Made by a program: the position numbers and the translations under genes
From: a bacterium
Lineage (GTDB): Bacteria; UBA8248
Direction of reading: 5' to 3'
DNA: 64,000 bases
Assembly (NCBI GenBank): GCA_965200245.1
Contig: CBDATS010000004.1
Location: 224,001 to 288,000, forward strand
In this document: positions 10,999 through 19,770 of the stretch, one piece after another
How the letters are laid out: each line of letters opens with the position of its first letter
How positions within the stretch are numbered: position 1 is the first letter of the stretch
Notes under the pieces: model-generated
Database searches by the model: none
The model's input: the letters and a program-made list of their open reading frames with translations, nothing else
What the model was told of the DNA's origin: nothing

Positions 10999-11847
10999 CT
11001 ATTTGAAGCGATCCACGTGAATCTTGACTTTCGCCCCTTCGCGCAGGCGCCTGAGAAGCGCCTCGTAGTTCTCGCTCCGCTTGATTTCCGAATAAACGAG
11101 CCTTACGTCGTCCTTTACGTCCTCAAACCTAGCGTCGGCGGCATTCACGCGCTCGATCACCCGTATCACTTGCCAGCCGACGGAGGTACGAATCGGTTCG
11201 CTCGGCTGGCCGATGGGCAATTTGAACGCCACGTCCTCAAGCGCCTTGTCCAGAGCGCCCCGCTCGGCCGTGCCCATCATCCCACCCGCCTCGCGCGTAG
11301 CCTCGAAGATGGAACGCCGCCTCGCCACTTTTGCGAAGGGTTCTCCTTTTCTCAGTTCGGCGACGGTGTCCCACGCATCCTGCTCGGTCTTGAGTACAAT
11401 ATGGGCCAGTGTGACCGACTCCTTGCGACGAAAACGCTCCTTGTTGGCGAGAAAGAAATCGCGCAACTGCTGCCCGGTTGCGCCCGTCGCCTCGGCACCC
11501 TGTCTCACGAATTCCTCGATGACGAGCCTTCGCTTGAGACGATCAACCCTTTTGCGTATCGCAGGCAATTCATCCACTTTCCGGCGGAGCGCCTCCTGGT
11601 ACAGGAGTTCCCCCTGCACGATGCCTTCCAGGAACTGCTCCTTGTTCTGGCGGATGCGGATACGCACGGCAGGAGCCAACTGTTTGAGTCTCTCCTCTAT
11701 TTCCCCCAAGGTGAACTTTTGATCGTTCACCTCGATCACGACCTGACCCATATCTTTCCCGGAGAGGGCGTTTTCCCCGGACGCCCCTTCGGCGAGCGGA
11801 CAGCCGAAAAACAAAATCGCCGCGAGCAACGCGAATATCCTTTTCAT
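10999..11847 (-). CDS. Exported parvulin/PpiC-type peptidyl-prolyl isomerase (PrsA-like)
   Basis: Signal peptide, LAHIVLK, GEPFAKVARRRS, GGMMG, SEPIRTSVGWQVIRV. Confidence 0.85.
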   Translation of the reverse strand: MKRIFALLAAILFFGCPLAEGASGENALSGKDMGQVVIEVNDQKFTLGEIEERLKQLAPAVRIRIRQNKEQFLEGIVQGELLYQEALRRKVDELPAIRKRVDRLKRRLVIEEFVRQGAEATGATGQQLRDFFLANKERFRRKESVTLAHIVLKTEQDAWDTVAELRKGEPFAKVARRRSIFEATREAGGMMGTAERGALDKALEDVAFKLPIGQPSEPIRTSVGWQVIRVIERVNAADARFEDVKDDVRLVYSEIKRSENYEALLRRLREGAKVKIHVDRFK

Positions 11848-11960
11848 ATCCGCCTCATCCCTCTCGCCTGCGAGGCTCGAAAAACCATTCCCGAAAACCA
11901 GCCTTGAATATAACCGGCAAACGCCGAAGAGCGAAAATTGTCTTTCATCATCAGAAGCAT

Positions 11961-12923
11961 TCAAATGAAATAGCTGAACATCAGCGCCAGATAGTACCCG
12001 TATACGGCCGCAAACACAAATCCAGCACCACGCCCGAGCCTGCGCCTCCATACGGCGAGAAACAAAAACATCAGCATCAGGAGAAGCATGAACGGAAAAT
12101 CCAGAACGAACGATTGCCGTTCGATTCCCAGAGGTGCGATGAGCGATGCTCCGCCGAGAACCCAGGCGATGTTCAGTATGTTTGCTCCCAGCACGTTGCC
12201 CACGGCCATGTCCCCATGTCCGTTCAACGAAGCGGAAACCGCCGTTACCAGTTCGGGCAGCGAGGTACCTACGGCCACGAGCGTAAGAGCGATGATTAGT
12301 TCTGGAATTCCGAGGGCGCGGGCCAGATGTGCAGCGTTCTGCACGAGCAGAACGCTGCCGAGCACGACCGCTACCGATCCGGCGATGAAACGCAGCCCGA
12401 TATACTGCTTTTCCCGGTCGATCATCGCACTCGCGAAATCAAAATCCGTCCATGTCCCCCGCTTCATCATGAACCACAGGTATACCCCGACCATGGCGAA
12501 CAAGACCATGCCTTCCACCCGCGAGAGTTCTGCATCCCAGGCCAGGGAAAGGAGCAGCACGCCCAGCATCAGCATGAAAAGGCCTTTGGGCAAAACATCT
12601 TCGCGGGTAAGGGACACCGGCTCAAGCAGGAACGCTACTGTCAGTATGAGTCCAATATTGCATATGGTCGAACCAACCGCGTTTCCCACGGAAGTGGCCG
12701 GATGACCCAGCCAGGCCGCGATGACGGAGACGCTGAATTCGGGAGCCGTCGTCGCCAGGCTCATCAGGGTTGCGCCGACGATGACTTTGGGAACGCCCGT
12801 GATTTCGGCGATGCCCACCGCACCATCGGTAAACCAGTCTGCACCCTTCGTTATGACAAGGAGGCCCGCGGCGAAGAAGATAAAATTCGCCCAGATGGGA
12901 AAAGTCGCGAAGTATGCTTCCAT
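11961..12923 (-). CDS. Ca2+/Na+ antiporter (YrbG/CaCA family)
   Basis: Alpha repeats ATTAPE/GNAVGS and GTSLPE/GNVLGAN. Confidence 0.92.
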   Translation of the reverse strand: MEAYFATFPIWANFIFFAAGLLVITKGADWFTDGAVGIAEITGVPKVIVGATLMSLATTAPEFSVSVIAAWLGHPATSVGNAVGSTICNIGLILTVAFLLEPVSLTREDVLPKGLFMLMLGVLLLSLAWDAELSRVEGMVLFAMVGVYLWFMMKRGTWTDFDFASAMIDREKQYIGLRFIAGSVAVVLGSVLLVQNAAHLARALGIPELIIALTLVAVGTSLPELVTAVSASLNGHGDMAVGNVLGANILNIAWVLGGASLIAPLGIERQSFVLDFPFMLLLMLMFLFLAVWRRRLGRGAGFVFAAVYGYYLALMFSYFI

Positions 12924-12974
12924 GCCCGAGAAGCGTCCTTTATATGGCGCCAGCACCGAATTGCCGGGGAGCCG

Positions 12975-13760
12975 TCATTCCCCCTGGAACCGGGGCTTTC
13001 TCTTCTCCAGAAACGCGGCGATACCTTCCTGAAAGTCCCGGCTGACGACAGTCTCGGCCTGCGCGGACGCCTCCGCTCGAAGCGCCATCGCCGCATCGAG
13101 GCCGCCCGAGGCACGAACCAGTTTCTTCGCCGCGCGAAGCGCGATCGAGGGTCCCTCGGCGAGCCTTCTTCCGAAGGCTGTCGCATTTTCCATGAGCGCG
13201 TCGTCGTGATGAACCGAGCGAACGAGTCCGATGGCCAGCGCCTCGTGTGCGTCGATGACGTCGCCCGTCAGTATCATTTCCAGGGCCTTGGCACTCCCTA
13301 CCACCCGGGGCAGAAAAAACGTGCCCCCGCAATCGGGGACCAGCCCAATCTTCGAGTACACCTGCCCGAACGACGCGCCCTCGCCCGCCAGGCGGATGTC
13401 GCAGGCCAAAGCGATATCACATCCTGCGCCCACGGCGAAACCATGGACGGCGGCTATCGTCGGGCAGCGAACCTCGTGGAGTTTCACCAGCGCCCGTTGA
13501 TAGTCCGGCCAGAGGAACTCCTCCATCCGCTCCCCGGCCCGGATGCGCGCCTCGATTTCCTTCAAGTCCCCGCCCGCGCAGAATGCGCGCCCCGCTCCAC
13601 TCAGGACCATCGCGCGGATGTCAGGTTCGTCGCATCGCTCGCACACCTCGTATAGGTCTTTCGCCATCCGACGGTCGAGCGCGTTGAGCGCATCGGGACG
13701 ATTGAGCCGCACGAAGGCAAGGCCGTTCTCCTCCTCGAAATCGATGGTTTTCCACGTCAT
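12975..13760 (-). CDS. Enoyl-CoA hydratase/isomerase (PaaG-like)
   Basis: LNRPDALNAL, AFCAGGD, AVGAG, GLVPDCG, FLEKRKP. Confidence 0.92.
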   Translation of the reverse strand: MTWKTIDFEEENGLAFVRLNRPDALNALDRRMAKDLYEVCERCDEPDIRAMVLSGAGRAFCAGGDLKEIEARIRAGERMEEFLWPDYQRALVKLHEVRCPTIAAVHGFAVGAGCDIALACDIRLAGEGASFGQVYSKIGLVPDCGGTFFLPRVVGSAKALEMILTGDVIDAHEALAIGLVRSVHHDDALMENATAFGRRLAEGPSIALRAAKKLVRASGGLDAAMALRAEASAQAETVVSRDFQEGIAAFLEKRKPRFQGE

Positions 13761-13964
13761 GTTTCGTTCTCCCGTAATCTCCTTTTCCGATTGATGTGGA
13801 AAAAAATTTTTATTTTTCCTAGAATATGGGATATCTTCCGAAGTTGGAAGGAAGAGGCACATCGCAATCCGGGAAACACGCCGGAAGCATCTGTGGATGT
13901 TACGACCAGCGCCCGATGGGTTCCGGGCAGTTGCGAGCGCGGAATCCTGATTAAGGGGTGAAAA

Positions 13965-14588
13965 ATGGAATCACCGGACTCTGTCATCAAGATATATGAT
14001 CGCTGGGGCAAATTCTACGACCTCGTATTCAAGAACGTGTTCAACGAGGGCAGAAACGTCTGTGTCGATATGCTCGACCTCCAGCCGGGCGAGAAACTGC
14101 TGGAAGTGGGCGTGGGCACCGGACTCTCCCTGCCGCTCTACCCGTCGACTTCCGAGATCATCGCCATCGACATCTCTTCGAAAATGCTCGAGAAGGCGAA
14201 AGAGAAAGTCGAGAAGTTCGGCCTCGGCAATGTAAGGCTCGGCGTCATGGACGCGCAGAACATGGAGTATACGGACAACACCTTCGACTGCGTCACCGCC
14301 TGCTACGTGGTAAGCGCGGCCCCCGATCCGCACAAGGTCGTCTCGGAGATATGTCGCGTGTGCAAGCCGGGCGGGCGTATCGTTTTCATCAACCATTTCA
14401 AGAGTCAGAAATTCCTGCTGGCGAAGTTCGAAGAACTCATCAACGGTGTTTGCAAGAAATTCGGCTGGGAGACCACCCTGGACCTCGAACCTCTGCTCGA
14501 GGCGAACAACCTGACTCTCGAACGCCAGGAGCGCGTGAACATCTTCGACTACTGGCGCGCGGTACTCTGCATCAATCCCGACAAATAA
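13965..14588 (+). CDS. Class I SAM methyltransferase, phospholipid N-methyltransferase (Rhodobacter-type PmtA-like)
   Basis: YDRW, LEVGVGTGLSLP, RVCKPGG, INHF. Confidence 0.8.
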   Translation: MESPDSVIKIYDRWGKFYDLVFKNVFNEGRNVCVDMLDLQPGEKLLEVGVGTGLSLPLYPSTSEIIAIDISSKMLEKAKEKVEKFGLGNVRLGVMDAQNMEYTDNTFDCVTACYVVSAAPDPHKVVSEICRVCKPGGRIVFINHFKSQKFLLAKFEELINGVCKKFGWETTLDLEPLLEANNLTLERQERVNIFDYWRAVLCINPDK

Positions 14589-14651
14589 CCTCATTGGCCA
14601 CCACTCCAATGGCCCGGTGCGTGGCGCAACCGGCCACCCGGCTTAAGTGAA

Positions 14652-15560
14652 ATGAATCTCGAACCGAACACCTATGGCGTATTGCTCGGTGCGATAGCCT
14701 CGGCCGCATGGGCGGTTTTCGTCTATTTCATCAAGCGCGCGCTGATGAACGCACCGGTCCTCAAGGTCACCGCCGCCGTCACGACCACAAACGCCGTTCT
14801 CGTAACGCTCATCGCTATCGGCTTCATCTCGATCGACGATTTTCAGGGCGCCACCAAGTCCACTCTGATGTTCGCCTTCATCGCAGGCTTTTTTCATATC
14901 GGCATCTCGCGTTCGTTCTACTACCGCGCCATCCACCGCATCGGGCCCAACCGAGCCATCCCCATCGCGCTGACGTATCCCGTCGTCACGGCCGTGGGGG
15001 CGTCGTTCATGCTTGGGGAGACGCCGACGATCTCCATCTTCACCGGTCTCGCGATTCTCCTTGTCGGCATCACGCTCATCGTTCAGGCCGAACCATCCCG
15101 GGATGCGGAATCGAGCGAGCACGGCGCGAGATGGAAGCTCTTCGGCTGGATTTCCGCGGGCGTCACCTCGCTCTTGTGGGGCGTAGCAGCTATTTTCTTC
15201 AAAAAAGCGTCCCTGAACCTCCATCCTCTCGCCACCACCGTGATAGCGCTCTGGGTCGGGTCTGCCACCGCCACGCTTCTCATGGCACTCGACAGGGGAG
15301 AGGAATCGCGCGGATCCATTCCCGCTTCGGCCTGGATGTGGATTTTCGCCGCGGCCGTTTGCCAGTCGATCGCCGTACCTTTTTATAACTTCGCGTTCGT
15401 CTACACGCTGTCCGTGCGCGTGACGGCCCTCGTTTCCGCCCAGCCTCTCATCGTCCTGGTGCTAGGTTGGCTATTCCTGCGCGAGATGGAGAACATCACA
15501 CCCCGGCTCGTCCTAGGCGCACTCCTGACCGTCGCAGGCACCATATTCGTCATCATATAA
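14652..15560 (+). CDS. DMT/EamA family transporter
   Basis: About 10 TM helices in two EamA repeats. Confidence 0.85.
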   Translation: MNLEPNTYGVLLGAIASAAWAVFVYFIKRALMNAPVLKVTAAVTTTNAVLVTLIAIGFISIDDFQGATKSTLMFAFIAGFFHIGISRSFYYRAIHRIGPNRAIPIALTYPVVTAVGASFMLGETPTISIFTGLAILLVGITLIVQAEPSRDAESSEHGARWKLFGWISAGVTSLLWGVAAIFFKKASLNLHPLATTVIALWVGSATATLLMALDRGEESRGSIPASAWMWIFAAAVCQSIAVPFYNFAFVYTLSVRVTALVSAQPLIVLVLGWLFLREMENITPRLVLGALLTVAGTIFVII

Positions 15561-15667
15561 AGTATATTAAGTCGAGAAAGGGTTCTCTTCTCCCCCTCGG
15601 GATGCTACTCTTGGACCTCCAATCACCCAGAAAAAATTCTGAAATCTTATCCGACAAGGAGAACAAA

Positions 15668-16144
15668 ATGAGCGAAGTCATTCACGTCACTAAAGCCCGG
15701 ATTGTCAAGGAACCCGGCAGGGGTATGAAGACGGGCTATCTCGACGCCTTCCCTGAGGACCCGATTCCCTACGGCATCCACGGAGGCATCAAGAACTTCT
15801 ACAAGGCCGAAACCGAAGAGGAGCGACCAGCCACGCTGGATCACCTCGCAGCCGCCGTCGCCGGGTGACTGACGGGCAACATGGGAGGCGCGCTGGATGC
15901 GCGCGGAATCAAGAGCAGCCCAGACAATCTCGTGGCAGAAGTGGAAGGCATCATCGAAAACGTGGACGGCATGGCCTTGGTCACCAAGATCAAGGTTCAC
16001 TACAAGTGCCGCATCCCCAAGGGCAACCGAGAAGAAGCAGAGCGCGCCCTCGCCGTGCACGAGAAGGGCTGCCCGGCCAGCCAGAGCGTGCAGCGGGGCA
16101 TCGCGGTCGAATATACGGCGGAGTTCGAAGAAGTGGACGAATAA
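15668..16144 (+). CDS. OsmC/Ohr-like protein with in-frame UGA (probable selenocysteine)
   Basis: GGAG RBS; frame runs ...DHLAAAVAG-TGA(15866-15868)-LTGNMGGALDARGI...CPASQSV; the UGA sits at the first conserved Cys of the OsmC fold. Confidence 0.85.
15888..15904 (+). promoter_or_regulatory. Putative bacterial SECIS hairpin
   Basis: GCGCGC-TGGAT-GCGCGC starting 19 nt after the UGA, G at loop position 2. Confidence 0.55.
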
Positions 16145-16373
16145 ATGGTGTGGGGGGCACCCCTCTCTCGTGATACGGTAAAATCCTGCACGGTCAAGCG
16201 CGGACCTGGACTTCTCGCTTTGCATGCAGCACCCGATTTTGCCTGTGTGGCAGTCCTTCCCCGGGGCTGCCGCAAGGTTTTCGGGCCGCCCGTACCACCA
16301 TATCGAGCCTTTGTTTCCTTCAGAGCAGATACACCGATCCACCACTATGATTCATTCTGGTTTTCAGGCTTTC

Positions 16374-18203
16374 CTACACGAACACGATACCGTAGCGATA
16401 CCGCCGGTCGATCGCCCACGCCATGCACAGGGAGAACCCGGCCAGGAGAGCGAGTCCGACCGCCTGTTCCCAGGTACCGACGAGCAACGCGCCCGCAAGG
16501 AACATCAACGAGAAAACGAAGACACTCAAGGCCAGCCACAGACCCGCAAGAGCCAGCATGGGCGCCGAACGCAAATCCGGCCCGCGAACCCGGTTCCATG
16601 CGCCCGGCGGACGTACTTTGAGCCAGAACATCCGCAAGACATCGGAGCGCACAGGTCTCGTGAGAAGCGTAACTGTCATCATCACCACGAAACCGACGCC
16701 CACTTCCGCCGCCAGCAAAACGGGAAATTCGGGCGGCTTCCCCCCCCAATGGAGATAGAGGGCGGTCACGCCTGCGGCGAGCATCCCTGAAACTTCCGTC
16801 CAGGCGTTCGCACGCCACCACAGCCAGCGCAGGATCACCGGAAGGCCCAGCCCCGCTCCGAGTGAAATGTGGAACTTCCACGCCACCTCGAGACTATTGA
16901 TCTGCCCTGCCACGGCGAACGCGCCGAGCGCCATTATCAACACGCCCAGGCGGCTCACGAACAAGACTTCCCTCGTGCCCGCTTTTTTTCGAATGAATCG
17001 TGCATACATGTCGTTCACGAGATAGCTCATCCCCCAGTTCAGGTGCGTGTCTACCGTGCTCATGAACGCGCCCAAAAGACCCACTATCACCAAACCCAGC
17101 ACCCCCGCCGGAAGGAGTTTCTCCATCAGGAGGGGATAGGCGGCCTCTCGGTCGGCCAGAATTTTCGCCTCTATCGTACCTGGGAGCACATCCATCCCTT
17201 TGGGGACCAGAATCAGGCTCACGAGGCCGACCAATATCCACGGCCAGGGTCTCAAGACGTAGTTCGCCACCGTAAAGAGGAAAGCGCCCGCTTGAGCGTC
17301 CCTCGGCGAGCGCGCCGAGCACAGCCTCTGTCCGATGTAGCCGCCGCCGTCGGCATTGTTGTGTGCCCACCAGACGACGAACAGGTATATCAAAATCACT
17401 TGCGCACCCGCCCATCCCGCACCCTCGGGTGGAAAGAAGGAAAGAATTTCCGCGGCACCTTTGGCGCCGTAAATCTCACCCAGCTTCACGCTCAGGCCGG
17501 AGAGCCCGCCCACAGCTTCCACGGCATACCAGGCGAAGAGACAACTGCCCGCCATCGCTATCAAGAACTGGAAAAGATCGGTGAGCATGACGCCCCTTAT
17601 TCCGCCCGCACTCGAATATGCCGCTATCATCAAGACGAGCAGAGCGACCGTTACGCTCTCGTTCACGCTACCCATCGTGAGTGCGGCGGGCCAGTTCGCC
17701 TGTATCGCCGCCCAGAGGGCAGGCGGGAGAACCTTCTCCCACTTGAGGAAGGGCTCGGCTATCTTTGCCATGGCACGAAACACCCAACCCAGAACGATCA
17801 GGTTCACGATGAGGGAGGAATAAACGGCCTTGAAGCCGCGCAGGAACGCGCCGGGTCCGCCGCCGTAGCGCAACTCGATGAGTTCGGCGTCGGTCACCAC
17901 GCCCGCGCGCCGCCACAGGGGGGAGAAGAAGACCGCGACACCTACGTTGCCGATGACCCACGCCCACCAGAACCAGTTCCCGGAAATCCCGCGCTTCGCG
18001 ACGATACCGGCCACGACGAGGGGGGTGTCGGAGGCGAAGGTGGTCGCCACCATCGAGATTCCAATCCACCACCAAGGGAGGCTGCGCCCTGCCACGAAGT
18101 AGGAAGCCAGGCTCTTCGATGCCGAACGAGAGGTGATCGTGCCGACCAGCAGCGCGAACGCGATGTAGGCGAGGATGAATGACCAGTCCAGGGCAGAGAG
18201 CAT
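16374..18203 (-). CDS. Sodium:solute symporter (SSS family)
   Basis: YFVAGRSLPWW, SMVATTFASDTPL, TDLFQF, AFMSTVDTHLNWG. Confidence 0.92.
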   Translation of the reverse strand: MLSALDWSFILAYIAFALLVGTITSRSASKSLASYFVAGRSLPWWWIGISMVATTFASDTPLVVAGIVAKRGISGNWFWWAWVIGNVGVAVFFSPLWRRAGVVTDAELIELRYGGGPGAFLRGFKAVYSSLIVNLIVLGWVFRAMAKIAEPFLKWEKVLPPALWAAIQANWPAALTMGSVNESVTVALLVLMIAAYSSAGGIRGVMLTDLFQFLIAMAGSCLFAWYAVEAVGGLSGLSVKLGEIYGAKGAAEILSFFPPEGAGWAGAQVILIYLFVVWWAHNNADGGGYIGQRLCSARSPRDAQAGAFLFTVANYVLRPWPWILVGLVSLILVPKGMDVLPGTIEAKILADREAAYPLLMEKLLPAGVLGLVIVGLLGAFMSTVDTHLNWGMSYLVNDMYARFIRKKAGTREVLFVSRLGVLIMALGAFAVAGQINSLEVAWKFHISLGAGLGLPVILRWLWWRANAWTEVSGMLAAGVTALYLHWGGKPPEFPVLLAAEVGVGFVVMMTVTLLTRPVRSDVLRMFWLKVRPPGAWNRVRGPDLRSAPMLALAGLWLALSVFVFSLMFLAGALLVGTWEQAVGLALLAGFSLCMAWAIDRRYRYGIVFV

Positions 18204-18290
18204 GTGCGCGTCTCTAAGATGGGGCAGACTTTGCGCGCATCCTACACGGATATGATTATGCGATACAGCAGACCTTCAGTCTCACGACGC

Positions 18291-18323
18291 AAAAACGCCC
18301 CGCACTGCGTACGGGGCGTTTCA
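18291..18323 (-). terminator. Rho-independent terminator, copy 1 of a 33-bp repeat
   Basis: AAAAACGCCCCGCACTGCGTACGGGGCGTTTCA. Confidence 0.75.
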
Positions 18324-18374
18324 TGCAAAAGAGGACAGGCAAGCCGTCGACTGCCTGAACGGCCTGTCTCCAGA

Positions 18375-19538
18375 TCAGCGAGCCACGAAAGTGCGGTGCA
18401 CCCAACGGTTGTTCCCGCGCCGGACTTCCATGTACAACGCTTCGTCCGCCATGCGCGTTTCCAGGTTCATGCCGCCCGGCATAGCTCTCGAAACGGACTT
18501 CGCGGCACGCGCGGCATCGATGAACGCGGCGACCTCGGCAAGCGTCGGCTGTTTGCGTTTGCGCACTCCTGTTTCCGCGATGGCCTCCGTCGCAGCTGCC
18601 CTCAACTGGCGCGGCCACACCTTCCGGAACAGATCAGGGCTTCCGAACTCATCGCCGCTATTGAGCCGGCCACCAACTGCGAAGACATATCCCACTGCGT
18701 CGGGGTGCGCATCCAGCAGACTTCTCAAGGCTTTTTCATAGTCCACGAGGGCCGAGGCGAGGCACTTGTTCTCCAGGGACAACTGGAGGCTCGTGCGCGA
18801 GCGCCTGTCGGTGACCCGCGCCCCCACGGTCATGCCCAACGAATCCTGCACCATCCCGACCGACCGCCAGACTTCATTCTGAAGTGATCGGCCACTCGCT
18901 CGCCGACGCGCCCCCTGTGAAATTCCCGACCCAATTCGTATCCCTGACATCCCGATTCGATCGGCCTCGTGAACGGTCTCGATCCCCATTCTTTTCAAAA
19001 TTGCAATCTTGCCGGCCCGCGAGGGCATGCGGTATGCGGATGCCGAAAACTCGCTCACCTTCTCACGGCCGCGACCTGCCCATCTTCCCGACTCGACACA
19101 AAAGGCGCCTATGGGGAGGTAGCCCGAATGCGGGGGGATGATCTGGCTGGTGACCAGGACGCGGTCCTGCTTGCCTCCCTTGACGATGTCGCCTGCCTGA
19201 ATGAAAACTTCACGAGCACCCAGATTACGGACCATGAGTTGCTTGACGTTGCCGGTTTCGATGACCTTGACGAGACCCTCCTTCATCGCCTCGTCCAGGG
19301 TGACCGGCGTGGGACCCGTGCCTCGGCCCTCGCGGTGAATCAGATAGACGGTGAGATTGTTCTGCGTGTAGGGACCACTCAAGCGATAGTCTTTCATTGC
19401 CTTGGCAGAAGCCGTAGCAGGCGGCAGCCCGATTGCGATTACACACGCGGCTAAAACAGCGGCACCATACCCCATCAGCAGTCCAGAAGTCGCCCGCACC
19501 CGGCTGAAAAGGCGCGTTTTCGAAAACTCTGTGTGCAT
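18375..19538 (-). CDS. Secreted ARPP-1/DUF6569-like protein
   Basis: Signal peptide, then NLTVYLI...TLDEAM...V.ETGNV..L.V.N...GDIVKGGKQDRVL...FCVESGRW; start uncertain. Confidence 0.7.
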   Translation of the reverse strand: MHTEFSKTRLFSRVRATSGLLMGYGAAVLAACVIAIGLPPATASAKAMKDYRLSGPYTQNNLTVYLIHREGRGTGPTPVTLDEAMKEGLVKVIETGNVKQLMVRNLGAREVFIQAGDIVKGGKQDRVLVTSQIIPPHSGYLPIGAFCVESGRWAGRGREKVSEFSASAYRMPSRAGKIAILKRMGIETVHEADRIGMSGIRIGSGISQGARRRASGRSLQNEVWRSVGMVQDSLGMTVGARVTDRRSRTSLQLSLENKCLASALVDYEKALRSLLDAHPDAVGYVFAVGGRLNSGDEFGSPDLFRKVWPRQLRAAATEAIAETGVRKRKQPTLAEVAAFIDAARAAKSVSRAMPGGMNLETRMADEALYMEVRRGNNRWVHRTFVAR

Positions 19539-19706
19539 GGATTAACTCCTCTCTTACCGCTTGAAGCTGGCGGCGTAATCTCCTCCAAATCGATCAACAG
19601 CTGTTCACACAAGTTTTCACGTCATCCCGAACTTGTATTTATGACTTGGGCAGGTTCCCTCGATTTAACTTCCGGCTGTGCCGCGAGAGAGCACTTCCCA
19701 AGGCGA

Positions 19707-19739
19707 AAAAACGCCCCGCAGTGCGTGCGGGGCGTTTCA
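19707..19739 (-). terminator. Rho-independent terminator, copy 2 of the 33-bp repeat
   Basis: AAAAACGCCCCGCAGTGCGTGCGGGGCGTTTCA (2 mismatches to copy 1). Confidence 0.75.
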
Positions 19740-19770
19740 GGAGAGAAGAATCTCTGGTTGGTATGTTTGT

